NCBI RefSeq assembly: GCF_028641065.1 | Contig: NW_026575662.1 | Span: 1 to 37,350 of the forward strand | Reading direction: 5' to 3' | Length of the DNA: 37,350 nucleotides | Source of the DNA: Leucoraja erinacea | Lineage: Eukaryota | Notes under the pieces: generated by a model | The model's input: the letters and a program-made list of their open reading frames with translations, nothing else | Database searches by the model: none | Told to the model about the DNA's origin: nothing | Shown here: positions 1 through 12,232 of the stretch, in pieces | How the letters are laid out: each line of letters starts with the position of its first letter | How positions within the stretch are numbered: position 1 is the stretch's first letter | Made by a program: the position numbers and the translations under genes

Positions 1-135
1 ATCCCAGGGATCAATGTTGTGAACCTACGCTGCACTGCCTGAATCACAAGGATGTCCTTCCTCAAAGTAGGAGACCAAAACTGTACACAATACTCCAGAT
101 GTGGTCTCACCAGAGCCCTGTACAACTGCAGAAGA
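1..135 (-). mobile_element. Older CR1 LINE fragment
   Basis: Reverse complement resembles the CR1 ORF2 segment [19 protein letters not shown] seen in younger copies. Confidence 0.75.
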
Positions 136-384
136 AGTGTTGCATGTCAGGCAGACTGGGTGAAAAGGATTAATGGGTTAATCAAGCTGTACAGAATGGA
201 AACAGGCTCTTCAGACCACTTGGTTCTGTGTGCAAAGCAAGATTTTCATTGTCCTATACAGGGACACATGACTATAAACTCACTTGAACTTTGTCCATGC
301 CGGCCAACTTGGCATCTTGGGCTAGTCCCGTTTACCTCCATTTGGTCCACATCCCTCTTAAACCTTCCTACCCTAATATCTGGA

Positions 385-547
385 CAGTCACCATAGCGCA
401 ATGGTAGAGTTGCTGCCTTACAGAGCATGTAGCACCAGGGACCCGGGTTCAATCCCGACATACGGGTGCAGTCTATATTGAATCTGAACATTCTCCCTGT
501 GGCCGCATGGGTTTTCTCCGAGATCTTCAGTTCCTTCCCACATTCCG
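385..547 (+). mobile_element. tRNA-derived V-SINE (HE1-like), interrupted at its 3' side
   Basis: A-box-like atagcgcaatggtagag, B-box-like gggttcaatcc and central ttctccctgtggccgcatgggttttctccg motif shared with other copies. Confidence 0.75.
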
Positions 548-1337
548 GAAGTGGCGGCGCTGTTAACGGCTGCGGCTCGCCTGCAGTCTTTACTTTTTTC
601 TGCTGTTTTTTGTCTTGTTTTGGTTAAGTTTTAGTTTGTTGGGTTGTGTTCGAGGAGGGGGGCGGAGGGAACATGTTCTCTGTCTCTTCCTTCGGGGGAA
701 TGCAACTTTTTCGTGTCGTATCCCCCTTCTCTGCCTCCGTCTGCGCTGAGGCCTAATGGCGGAGCTGGCGGCCTCCAGCCTGCGACCGACCCCGAGGCTC
801 CAGAGGCAGAGCCAGCCAGGACTCACCAACGAGAGGCTGGCCGTCTTCGGGGCTGAGGCAGAGGTGGCCCGACTTGCTGGTGCGGCGTTCTGGCTTTCGG
901 CGGCGGCCTGGAGCTGGGGCAGCGGGGCTCGGAGCGGAGACTGCGGGACCCGGAGCTGGGGCAGCGGCCTGGAGCTGGGGCGGCTGCCCGGAGCTGATGC
1001 TGTGGCGGGCTGTCTCGGAGCGGAGACGGCGTTCCGGCTTTCGGCGGTGGCGGTGACATCACCACGGAGCTCCCCTGGACTGGAGGGCGGCATCTCCGGC
1101 CTGGATCGATCGCCTCAGCGCAGAGGGAGAACAAGGAGGGAAGAGACGGAGACTAAGACTTTGCCTCCATCACAGTGAGGAGGTGCTTGGTGAACTCACT
1201 GTGGTGGATGTTTAATTTGTGTTTATTGTATGTTTTGTTTTTATTGGTTCTGTGTATGACTGCAAGCAGCATAATTTCGTTCAGACCGAAAGGTCTGAAT
1301 GACAATAAAGGATCTAATCTAATCTAATCTAATCTAA
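548..1337 (+). mobile_element. Unclassified GC-rich non-autonomous retroelement with a Rex1/L2-type 3' tail
   Basis: Begins abruptly inside a SINE, contains internal GC-rich repeats (ggagctggggcagcgg) and ends in tgacaataaa plus (CTAAT)n. Confidence 0.55.
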
Positions 1338-2034
1338 TTCCAAAGATGTAGAACCTGGTAGGAAGGGACTGCAGATGTGGGTTTACACTGTAGATAGACA
1401 CAGAATGCTGGAATGGGTAACTCAGTGGGTCGGGCAGAGAAGGAAAGGGTGACATTTCAGGTCGAGCCATGATCACAATGAATGGCGGTGCAGGCTCGAA
1501 GTGCCGAATGGCCTCCTCCTGCACCTATTTTCTTTCTTTCTATGTTTCTATGTTTCTATGAGACAAGGGTCGACCGTTCTGTATTTATGTTGTTGAACAA
1601 TCAACCTGTGAGTGGGTTTATTCAGAAGTTAACCAACCAATGTTTCACTTACAGTACAAAGCAAAGCAGACAGCAAAGTTAATCACCAATTGTCACACTT
1701 GTGAACCTTTGATGGTCATGTACAGCTTTACAGACAGAGATCGAGGTCTCGGTTTCTCAGTTTAGGAAGCTTTAATAGACAGACAGCTTATCACTTCATC
1801 TAAAGGTCATGGTCTGAAGCCAGAAACTGAATGTACTGCAGCCATATACTGTAGAAAGCAGCGCATTTTCACACCTATAGAGTTTTCACACCTACGGTGT
1901 ATTGTTTTCACACCTCCACTGTATTGGTCCACTATGTCATTGAATCTGCTTTCAATGTTTCCATCGACTAACTCCCTTCTTTCCAGACCACACAAAGAAC
2001 CTGTCATTTAGAAAACCACCAAACCAATGAAGGT

Positions 2035-2395
2035 CTACGTGGAAACACAAACAACTGCAGATGCTGATATTAAAAAAAACACACTAATTGCTGGAGTTAC
2101 TCGGCAGGTCAGACAGCATCTCTGGAGGACAGGGGTAGGTGATGTTTCAGTGTGGTACCTTTCCTCAGATGGATCTTGACCTGAAACGTCACTTCTCCAT
2201 GTCCTCCAGTAAAGGGCTATGTAGAAACGCAAGGAACTGCAGATGCTGATTTTTCAAAAACCACATTGAAGTGCCGCAATAACTCAGTGGCTCGGGCAGC
2301 ATCTCTGGGGGAGCAGGGACAAGCGAGGTTTCAATGTGGGACCTTTCCTCAGATGTGTCTAGATCTGAAACATTGCCTATCCACGTCCTCCAGTT
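2035..2395. mobile_element. Two adjacent degenerate Penelope-derived palindromic elements
   Basis: Two copies of aactgcagatgctg...actc.g..gg.c.g.cagcatctctgg...gtttca, each followed by an inverted ctgaaacgtcac-like arm. Confidence 0.6.
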
Positions 2396-2533
2396 AAACA
2401 CTATACCTCACTCCATTCCTCCTCCCCCTTCCTCTTTCTCCGACCAGTCTGACTGTCTCCCTGATTAAATGTTATCTCTGTCTGCTTTGTTGTCACCTTC
2501 TGTGAGCTAACAATGAACTATTCCACATTATTT

Positions 2534-3163
2534 GATTTGAGTATAGGAGCAGGGAGGTTCTACTGCAGTTGTACAGGGTCTTGGTGAGACCACACCTGGA
2601 GTATTGCGTACAGTTTTGGTCTCCAAATCTGAGGAAGGACATTATTGCCATAGAGGGAGTGCAGAGACGGTTCACCAGACTGATTCCTGGGATGTCAGGA
2701 CTGTCTTATGAAGAAAGACTGGATAGACTTGGTTTTATACTCTCTAGAATTTAGGATATTGAGAGGGGATCTTATAGAAACTTATAAAATTCTTAAGGGG
2801 TTGGACAGGCTAGATGTAGGAAGATTGTTGCCGATGTTGGGGAAGTCCAGGACAAGGGGTCACAGCTTAAGGATAAAGGGGAAATCCTTTAAAACCGAGA
2901 TGAGAAGAACTTTTTTCACACAGAGAGTGGTGAATCTCTGGAACTCTCTGCCACAGAGGGTAGTTGAGGCCAGTTCATTGGCTATATTTAAGAGGGAGTT
3001 AGATGTGGCCCTTGTGGCTAAGGGGATTAGGGGGTTATGGAGAGAAGGCAGGTACGGGATACTGAGTTGGATGATCAGCCATGATCATATTGAATGGCGG
3101 TGCAGGCTCGAAGGGCCGAATGGCCTACTCCTGCACCTAATTTCTATGTTTCTATGTTTCTAT
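2534..3163 (+). mobile_element. CR1 family B, 5'-truncated
   Basis: RT C-terminal ORF fragments ([20 protein letters not shown]; RVVNLWNSLPQ) and (TTTCTATG)n tail. Confidence 0.92.
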
Positions 3164-3169
3164 TACCTT

Positions 3170-3380
3170 TGATCTCCATCCCCTTTAATGTAGTGTTTTC
3201 ACACCTTACACTTCCTTATCTCTGTGTCTCCCTCTCTCCTGACTCTCAATCTGCTGAAGCGTCTTGACCCGAAACGTCACCCATTCCTTCTCTCCAGAGA
3301 TGCTGCCTGTCCCACTGAGTTACTCCAGCATTTTGTGCCGATCTTTGGTGTAAACCAGCACCTGCAGTTCCTTCCTACAC
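3170..3380 (+). mobile_element. Penelope-like terminal fragment with a degenerate hammerhead motif
   Basis: ctgctgaagcgtcttgacccgaaacgtcacc followed by the family's ctctccagagatgctgcctg...cagttccttcctacac segment. Confidence 0.65.
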
Positions 3381-3740
3381 ATGCCCCACTGGGTCTCTCT
3401 CCTTCTCACGACACATCTGTAATAATGATTCATTCTTGCACGCACATCTGTAATTCCTTGAGGCACATCTGTTTGCTCCCACAATCAAAAAGGAACCCAT
3501 GTTACGTTTACAACTGCACTTGTTCAACAGCAACAGGGTGAGTACTGGTCGGCATGGAGGGCTTGTTTCCACATTGTATCCCTTATTTGTTTAAATTTCA
3601 TTGTACATGGCTCATGTTACAATGACAATAAAGAAACTATTCTATTCTATTCTAAAGTTTAAAGTATAAAGCAAGTCAATATTCTTGCATGCACACCTGA
3701 TATATTTTATTTTTTATTAATTTTGGTCCTATCAATATCG

Positions 3741-4025
3741 GGGCAGCACAGTGGCACAGCGGTAGAGCTGCTGCCCTACAGCGCCAGAGTCCCGGGTTTA
3801 ATCCTGGCCATGGGTGCTGTCTGTACGGAGTTTGCACGTTATCCCTGTGACCACGTGGGTTTTCTCAGGATGCTCCAGGTTACTCCCACACTCAAAAAAT
3901 GTGTAGGTTTGTAGGTTTATTGGCTTCGGTAAAATTGGGAATTGCCCCTAGTGTGTAGGATAGTGTTAGTGTAGGGGATGGTCGTTGGTTGGAGTGGACT
4001 CAGTGGGCTGAAGGGCCGTTCTTGA
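3741..4025 (+). mobile_element. tRNA-derived V-SINE (HE1-like)
   Basis: gtggcacagcggtagagctgctgcc head, central domain and CR1-like gggctgaagggcc tail. Confidence 0.8.
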
Positions 4026-4120
4026 TGTGTTCCCCGGAGTAGACTACTCCACCTTGGCTGCAGCACAGCTGGCGGACGAGGAGATGCCGGAATATCATGG
4101 TAAATGGAATCATGGAATAT

Positions 4121-4885
4121 TACATGGTAAATGGTAGGGAATTGAAGAATACAGTTGAACAGAGGGATCTGGGTATAACCGTGCATAGTTCCTTGAAGGT
4201 GGAATCTCATATAGATAGGGTGGTAAAGAAAGCTTTTGGCATGCTAGCCTTTATAAATCAGAGCATTGAGTATAGAAGCTGGGATGTAATGTTAAAATTG
4301 TACAAGGCATTGGTGTGAGACCAAATCTGGAGTATGGTGTACAATTTTGGTCGCCCAATTATAGGAAGGATGTCAACAAAATAGAGAGAGTACAGAGGAG
4401 ATTTACTAGAATGTTTGCCTGGGTTTCAACAACTAAGTTACAGAGATAGGTTGAATAAGTTAGGTCTTTATTCTCTGGAGCGCAGAAGGTTAAGGGGGGG
4501 ACCTGATAGAGGTCTTTAAAATGATGAGAGGGATAGACAGAGTTGATGTGGACAAGCTTTTCCCTTTGAGAATAGGGAAGATTCAAACAAGAGGACATGA
4601 CTTCAGAATTAAGGGACAGAAGTTTAGGGGGTAATATGAGGGGGAACTTCTTTACGCAGAGAGTGGTAGCGGTGTGGAATGAGCTTCCAGTGGAAGTGGT
4701 GGAGGCAGGTTCATTGGTATAATTTAAAAATAAATTGGATAGGCATATGGATGAGAAGGGAATGGATGGTTATGGTATGAGTGCAGGCAGGTGGGACTAA
4801 GGGGAAAAAAAATTTGTTCGGCACGGACTTGTAGGGCCGAGATGGCCTGTTTCCGTGCTGTAATTGTTATATGGTTATATGGTTA
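4121..4885 (+). mobile_element. CR1 family A (subtype A2), 5'-truncated
   Basis: YMVNGRELKNTVEQRDLG through to GMSAGRWD-type sequence with frameshifts; (TTATATGG)n tail. Confidence 0.92.
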
Positions 4886-4889
4886 ATAT

Positions 4890-6837
4890 CGTACCACAAT
4901 CTCGGGTTTGGTGCTCGAGGTGCAGCCATGACCTTTTGTTCTGGCGGCCTGGAGCAATCGCATTTTTGACGTCATCCATGGATTGTCCCACCAGTCTATC
5001 CGGGCCACGGTGGCGATGGTGGCCGCGGGATTCACGTGGCACGGGCTGCGGAAGCACGTCAGTCGCTGGGCCCGGGCGTGCATTCGGTGCCAAACTTCCA
5101 AGGTGCATCGGCACGTCCGGGCGCCTGTTCAGTTGTTCGCAGTGCCTCGCTGGTGCTTCGACCACGTGCACATGGACATCGTGAGGCCGCTGCCTCCATC
5201 GCGGGGTGTTTGCACGTGCTGACGGTGGGGGATAATTTTACGTGGTTACCGGAGGCCATCCCACTCGTGAACAATTCTGCCAAGTCGTGCGCTCGTGGCC
5301 TCGTGGCTAATTGGATTATAACCATATAACCATATAACAATTACAGCACGGAAACAGGCCATCTCGACCATTCTAGTCCGTGCCGAACACATAATCTCCC
5401 CTAGTCCCATATACCTGCGCTCAGACCATAACCCTCCATTCCCTTCCCATCCATATAACTATCCAATTTATTTTTAAATGATAAAAACGAACCTGCCTCC
5501 ACCACCTTCACTGGAAGCTCATTCCAAACAGCTACCACTCTCTGAGTAAAGAAGTTCCCCCTCATGTTACCCCTAAACTTCAGTCCCTTAATTCTCATGT
5601 CATGCCCCCTTGTTTGAATCTTCCCTACTCTCAGTGGGAAAAGCTTTTCCACGTCAACTCTGTCTATCCCTCTCATCATTTTAAAAACCTCTATCAAGTC
5701 ACCCCTTAACTTTCTGCGCTCCAAAGAATAAAGCCCTAACTTGTTCAACCTTTCTCTGTAACTTAGTTGCTGAAACCCAGGCAACATTCTAGTAAATCTC
5801 CTCTGTACTCTCTCTATTTTGTTGACATCCTTCCTATAATTAGGCGACCAAAATTGTACACCATACTCCAGAATTGGCCTCACCAATGCCTTGTACAATT
5901 TTAACATTACATCCCAACTTCTATACTCAATCGCCCGCTTCAGGGTGCCGCTGGACATCACTTCCCACTGGGGTGCCCAGTTCACATACAAACTGTGGTC
6001 CGCAATGGCTCGCCTGCTGGGGACTCAGCTCCACCATTCGACAGCGTACCATCCCCAGGGTTGGTGGAGCGCTTCCACCGCCATCTCACGGACGCCTTGA
6101 AGACTCACCTCACCTCACGGGCCCTGAATGGATGGACGAGTCGCCGTGGGTCCTGCTGGGAATTTGGACTGCCCCGAAGTAGCATTTGTCATCATCCTCG
6201 GTGGAGTTGGTTTATGGCGCTCAGCTCAGCGTTCCCGGGGGATTGATCCCGGCCGCTGATGGGTCCCGGGAGTTGCCATCATCTGTGCTGGTGCGCTTGT
6301 GGGAGCAGGTCGTCACCCTGTCTCCCGACATCTCGTCGTGGGGTGGTGCCATTCCACGTGCCAGCGGCGCTCGCGAACAGTTCGTACGTCTTTCTGCACC
6401 GCGACGCCCACAGGTCACCCTTGCAGCGCCCATATGACGGTCCATTTCGGGTGCTGTGGCACGGGTCCACCATGTTTGTTTTGGACATGGGTGGCTGGCA
6501 AGAAACTGTGTCGGTGTCGTGACTGAAGCGGGCCCATTTGGACCTGAGCGAGCCAGTACAGGTAGCTCAAATTTACCGGCAGGGGAATCCGCCATCCCGG
6601 GTTCCCCCGAGTACGGTTTCCCGTCCGTTTCGGTGCCTCTGGTTCTGCGGGAGGGGGGGGTGGTCATGTGGCGGCACCTGATGGTGAGCCATGCATAGGG
6701 CGAACCCTCAGCTCTGGAGGGAGGAGTCAGGCGTCACGGTAACGGGAGATGCAAGTCACGGGGCTCCCCGGGCGGTATATAAGGTCGGCCGGGCAACGCT
6801 CTTGCCCCTTGTTAGGAGTTAGAAGCTGTACGGAGGA
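4890..6837 (+). mobile_element. Degenerate Ty3/Gypsy LTR retrotransposon 3' part (integrase, PPT, partial 3' LTR), split by a CR1 at 5317-5931
   Basis: HHCC-like SHQSIRAT...CIRC, core HVHMDIV, NWI|ARFRVPLDITS, AYHPQ, VERFHR and the GPF motif LQRPYDGPFRV, with several frameshifts. Polypurine tract at about 6648-6660, then tgtggcgg (probable LTR start near 6667) and tatataag near 6776. Confidence 0.88.
5317..5931 (-). mobile_element. CR1 family A (A1) inserted in the Gypsy integrase
   Basis: ORF 5401-5991(-) ends GLSAGIWD. Removing the insert rejoins aattggat|cgcccgc, which reads NWIAR. Confidence 0.93.
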
Positions 6838-7013
6838 AGCTATATTTACAAGGGAGTTAGATGCGGCCCTTGTGGCTAAGGGGATCAGGGGGTATGGAGA
6901 GAAGGCAGGTACGGGATACTGAGTTGGATGATCAGCCATGATCATATTGAATGACGGTGCAGGCTCGAAGGGCCGAATGGCCTACTCCTGCACCTAATTT
7001 CTATGTTTCTATG
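6838..7013 (+). mobile_element. CR1 family B 3' end
   Basis: GYGEKAGTGY-coding end, 3' UTR and tttctatg tail. Confidence 0.88.
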
Positions 7014-7047
7014 AAGAAGAAACGACAATTGCTTGCACAAACCAATC

Positions 7048-7502
7048 CAAGTTACAGAGAAAGGTTGAACAAGCTAGGGCTTTATTCTTTGGAGCGCAGA
7101 AGGTTAAGGGGGGACTTGATAGAGGTTTTTAAAATGATGAGAGGGATAGACAGAGTTGACGTGGAAAAGCTTTTCCCACTGAGAGTAGGGAAGATTCAAA
7201 CAAGGGGACATGACATGAGAATTAAGGGACTGAAGTTTAGGGGTAACATGAGGGGGAACTTCTTTACTCAGAGAGTGGTAGCTGTGTGGAATGAGCTTCC
7301 AGTGAAGGTGGTGGAGGCAGGTTCGTTTTTATCATTTAAAAATAAATTGGATAGTTATATAGATGGGAAGGGAATGGAGGGTTATGGTCTGAGCGCAGGT
7401 ATATGGGACTAGGGGAGATTATGTGTTCGGCACGGACTAGAAGGGTCGAGATGGCCTGTTTCCGTGCTGTAATTGTTATATGGTTATATGGTTATATGGT
7501 TA
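7048..7502 (+). mobile_element. CR1 family A (A1), 5'-truncated
   Basis: SYRERLNKLGLYSLERRRLRGD...GLSAGIWD and tail. Confidence 0.92.
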
Positions 7503-7924
7503 AACCTTGTGTCTGTATTATTCCTGGCTGGACATTTCAAGTGTCAAGTGAGTTTGTTGTCATGTGTCCCTGATATGACAATGAAATTCTTGCTTTGCTT
7601 CAGCACACAGAACATAGTAGGCGTTTAATACAAAACAGATCTGTGTGTTCCAGCCACACCACTGTATCTCTAAAGTAAATTGAATTTATTTCCCATTTTC
7701 TCTTTGCAGAGTCAATAAAGGTACTTCATCATAAATAAACCGTTTAAATGAATATGTGGGATAAGAAAGGAAGTTGTGATGTTGGAGTGATAAGTGTTGG
7801 GAGAGTGATAAGTGGTGCCAGGCCCAAAGAGCAGAGGAAATGTGTTTAAGAAGGAAATGCAGAAGCTGGTTGAAACTAAAGCTAGACACAAAAAGTTGGA
7901 GTAACTCAGCAAGACCGAATGAAA

Positions 7925-8156
7925 TTGTAGCAAATCTTGTACGCATCCCAGACTATTACACAAACCAACCTCCCTTCTATTAACTCCATCTACACTTCAT
8001 TCTGCCTTAACAAGGCCAGCAGTATGATCAAGGATGGGTCGCACCCTAGCTATTTCCTCTACTCCCCTCTCCCATCAGGCAAAAGGTATAGAAGTGTGAA
8101 AATGCACACCTCTAGATTCAAGGACAGTTACTTCCCAGCTGTTGTCAGGCAACAGC
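7925..8156 (+). mobile_element. Rex1/Babar-type LINE 3' fragment
   Basis: LPSINSIYTSFCLNKASSMIKDGSHPS...PLPSGKRYRS motif. Confidence 0.75.
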
Positions 8157-8160
8157 TACA

Positions 8161-8956
8161 AGGTGCTACACCTTGGCAGGACAAATCAAAATAGGACGTA
8201 CATGGTAAATGGTAGGGAATTGAAGAATACAGTTGAACAGAGGGATCTGGGAATAACCGTGCATAGTTCCTTGAAGGTGGAATCTCATATAGATAGGGTG
8301 GTAAAGAAAGCTTTTGGTATGCTAGCCTTTATAAATCATAACATTGAGTATATAAGCTGGGATGTAATGTTAAAATTGTACAAGGCATTGCTGAGACCAA
8401 ATCTGGAGTATGGTGTACAATTTTGGTCGCCCAATTATACGAAGGATGTCAACAAAATAGGGAGAGTACAGAGGAGATTTACTAGAATGTTGCCTGGGTT
8501 TCAACAACTAAGTTACAGAGATAGGTTGAATAAGTTAGGTCTTTATTCTCTGGAGCGCAGAAGGTTAAGGGGGGACTTGATAGAGGTCTTTAAAATGATG
8601 AGAGGGATAGACAGACTTGATGTGGACAAGCTTTTCACTTTGAGAATAGGGAAGTTTCAAACAAGAGGACATGACTTCAGAATTAAGGGACAGAAGTTTA
8701 GGGGTAACATGAGGGGGAACTTCTTTACTCAGAGAGTGGTAGCGATGTGGAATGAGCTTCCAGTGGAAGTGGTGGAGGCAGGTTCATTGGTATCATTTAA
8801 AAATAAATTGGATAGGCATATGGATGAGAAGGGAATGGAGGGTTATGGTATGAGTGCAGGCAGGTGGGACTAAGGGAAAAAAAGTTGTTCGGCACGGACT
8901 TGTAGGGCCGAGATTGCCTGTTTCCGTGCTGTAATTGTTATATGGTTATATGGTTA
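8161..8956 (+). mobile_element. CR1 family A (A2), 5'-truncated
   Basis: Uninterrupted ORF 8142-8873 ending GMSAGRWD, plus tail. Confidence 0.93.
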
Positions 8957-9015
8957 ACTGAACCATCCTACCACAAACTTTATTTATCCCAGGAGGGAAA
9001 TTGATCGGCCAAACG

Positions 9016-9645
9016 TTCATAGCAAAAGGATTTGAGTATAGGAGCAGGGAGGTTCTACTGCAGTTGTACAGGGTCTTGGTGAGACCACATCTGGAGTATT
9101 GCGTACAGTTTTGGTCTCCAAATCTGAGGAAAGACATTCTTGCCATAGAGGGAGTACAGAGAAGGTTCACCGGACTGATTCCTGGGATGTCAGGACTTTC
9201 ATATGAAGAAAGACTGGATAGACTTGGCTTGTAAACTCGCTGGAATTTAGGAGATTGAGGGGGGATCTTATAGAAACTTACAAAATTCTTAAGGTGTTGG
9301 ACAGGCTAGATGCAGGAAGATTGTTCCCAATGTTGGGGAAGTCCAGGACAAGGGGTCATAGTTTAAGGATAAAGGGGAAATCCTTTGGGACAGAGATGAG
9401 AAAAGCATTTTTCACACAGAGAGTGGTGAATCTCTGGAACTCTCTGCCACAGAAGGTAGTTGAGGCCAGTTCATTGGCTATATTTAAGAGGGAGTTAGAT
9501 GTGGCCCTTGTGGCTAAAGGGATCAGGGGGTATGGAGAGAAGGCAGGTACAGGATACTGAGTGGGATGATCAGCAATGATCATATTGAATGGCGGTGCAG
9601 GCTCGAAGGGCCTACTCCTGCACCTATTTTTCTATGTTTCTATGT
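9016..9645 (+). mobile_element. CR1 family B, 5'-truncated
   Basis: FIAKGFEYRSREV...GYGEKAGTGY and tail. Confidence 0.92.
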
Positions 9646-11254
9646 AAAAACACAAGACACATGAAACATGATATTAAAATGATGAGCAGAAAGTCCAGGA
9701 TTTGGGGAGGGGAAGGGGAGTCAGTCTACCCCACGACAGAAGGGGGAGGAATTGTACTGTTTGATAGCCACAGGGAAGGAGGATTTCCTGTGGCGTTCTG
9801 TACTGCATCTTGGTGGAACCAGTCTGTTGCTGAAGGTGCTCCTCAGGTTGACCAGTGTGTCATGGAGGGGGTGAGTTCTGTTGTCCAAGATGCTCTGCAG
9901 TTTGAGGAGCATCCTCCCCTCCCGTACCATATCTGGTGAATCCAACTCCGCCCCAGGATGGAGCCAGTCTTCCTGATGAGCTTGTTAATCCTGTTGGCAT
10001 CCGCGGCCTTCACCCTGCTGGCCCCAGCACATGGCCGTGAAGAGGATGGACTGGCCACCACCGATTGGTAGAACATCTGCAGCATCTGAGTACAGATATA
10101 ACCATATAACAATTACAGCACGGAAACAGGCCATCTCGGCCCTACAAGTCCGTGCCGAACAAATTTTTTTCCCCTTAGTCCCACCTGCCTGCACTCATAC
10201 CATAACCCTCCATTCCCTTCTCATCCATATGCCTATCCAATTTATTTTTAAATGATACCAATGAACCTGCCTCCACCACTTCCACTGGGAGCTCATTCCA
10301 CACCGCCACCACTCTCTGCGTAAAGAAGTTCCCCCTCATATTACCCCTAAACTTCTGTCCCTTAATTCTGAAGTCATGTCCTCTTGTTTGAATCTTCCCT
10401 ATTCTCAAAGGGAAAAGCTTGTCCACATCAACTCTGTCTATCCCTCTCATCATTTTAAAGACCTCTATCAGGTCCCCCCTTAACCTTCTGCGCTCCAGAG
10501 AATAAAGACCTAACTTATTCAACCTATCTCTGTAACTTAGTTGTTGAAACCCAGGCAACATTCTAGTAAATCTCCTCTGTACTCTCTCTATTTTGTTGAC
10601 ATCCTTCCTCTAAATTTGGCGACCAAAATTGTACACCATACTCCAGATTTGGTCTCACCAATGCCTTGTACAATTTTAACATTACATCCCAGCTTCTATA
10701 CTCAATGCTCTGATTTATAAAGGCTAGCATACCAAAAGCTTTCTTTACCACCCTATCTATATGAGATTCCACCTTCAAGGAACTATGCACGGTTATACCC
10801 AGATCCCTCTGTTCAACTGTATTCTTCAATTCCTTACCATTTACTATGTACGTCCTATTTTGATTTGTCCTGCCAAGGTGTAGCACCTCACATTTATCAG
10901 CATTAAACTCCATCTGCCGTTGAAGGAATGGAGCCTTCTCAAAAAGTACAGCCGGCTCTGTCCCTCTTGTACAGGGCCTCAGCGTTCCTGGATCAGTCCG
11001 GTTTACTGTACACGTAAACTCTAAGATATTTGTACTCCCTGGTAAACTACACATCCACACCATTGATGGAGACAGGGGACAGGGGTGTCCCACTCCTCCT
11101 AAAGTCCACCACTAACTCCGCAGTCTTGTCGGAGTTGAGCTGCAGGTGATTCAGCCCACACCACTCAACAAAGTGGTCGACTACACCTCTGTATCAGGTT
11201 CCCTCCCCTCACTGATGCAGCCCACAATTGCTGTCATCTGAAAGCTTCTGCAGG
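9646..11254 (-). mobile_element. Rex1/Babar-type LINE fragment split by a CR1 at about 10096-10917
   Basis: MLQMFYQSVVAS, ANRINKLIRKTGS and THPLHDTL motifs at 9720-10090. Sequence 10920-11254(-) carries the RT-end motifs F(S)DD(S) and KYL(R)V. Confidence 0.75.
10096..10917 (-). mobile_element. CR1 family A (A2), 5'-truncated
   Basis: QMEFNADKCEVLHLG...GMSAGRWD across two ORFs, plus tail. Confidence 0.93.
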
Positions 11255-11918
11255 TGTGGTAAAGAAAGCTTTTGGTGTGCTGGCCTTTATAAATCAGAGC
11301 ATTGAGTATAGAAGTTGGGATGTAATGTTAAAATTGTACAAGGCATTGCTGAGGCCAATTCTGGAGTATGGTGTACAGTTTTGGTCGCCTAATTATAGGA
11401 AGGATGTCAACAAAATAGAGAGAGTACAGAGGAGATTTACTAGAATGTTGCCTGGGTTTCAGCAACTAAGTTACAGAGAAAGGTTGAACAAGTTAGGGCT
11501 TTATTCTTTGGAGCGCAGAAGGCTAAGGGGGGACTTGATAGAGGTTTTTAAAATGATGAGAGGGATAGACAGAGTTGACGTGGAAAAGCTTTTCCCACTG
11601 AGAGTAGGGAAGATTCAAACAAGAGGACATGACTTCAGAATTAAGGGACAGAAGTTTAGGGGTAATATGAGGGGGAACTTCTTTACTCAGAGAGTGGTAG
11701 CGGTGTGGAATGAGCTTCCAGTGGAAGTGGTGGAGGCAGGTTCATTGGTATCATTTAAAAAATAAATTGGATAGGCATATGGATGAGAAGGGAATGGAGG
11801 GTTATGGTATGAGTGCAGGCAGGTGGGAATAAGGGGAAAAAAAATTTGTTCGGCATGGACTTGTAGGGCCGAGATGGCCTGTTTCCGTGCTGTAATTGTT
11901 ATATGGTTATATGGTTAT
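11255..11918 (+). mobile_element. CR1 family A, mosaic (A1 5' part, A2 3' part)
   Basis: A1 markers (RPILEY, VEKLFPLRVGK) followed by A2 markers (HDFRIKGQK, GMSAGRW). Confidence 0.9.
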
Positions 11919-12099
11919 GTATCTGTCCACTGTAAATGGATCGATTGTAATCATGTATTGTCTTTCTGCCAACTGGTTAGCACGCAACAAGTGCTTTTCA
12001 CTGTACCTCGGTACACGAGACAATAAACTAAACTGAGTTCATGTGCACATACTGATTTTTTTTTCAGTTTATTATATTGTTTACAGTGTGCAATGTTTA

Positions 12100-12232
12100 C
12101 AGTTTGTAGAATGGTCTCGACCCAAAATGTCACCCGTTCCTTCCCTCTACAGATGCTGCCCGTCCCGCTGAGTTATTCCAGCTTTTTGTGTCTATCTTCG
12201 GTTTGAGCCAGCATCTGCAGTTCCTTCCTACG
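12100..12232 (+). mobile_element. Penelope-like terminal fragment
   Basis: ggtctcgacccaaaatgtcacc...gatgctgcc...cagcatctgcagttccttcc. Confidence 0.6.

Noticed and set aside
590-1178. Overlapping 100-167 aa ORFs on both strands
   Set aside because: Low-complexity products of GC-rich repeat sequence inside a mobile element, with no domain motifs.
3741-3810. tRNA genes at SINE heads
   Set aside because: The A/B-box heads continue into SINE body sequence and I could not form a complete cloverleaf.
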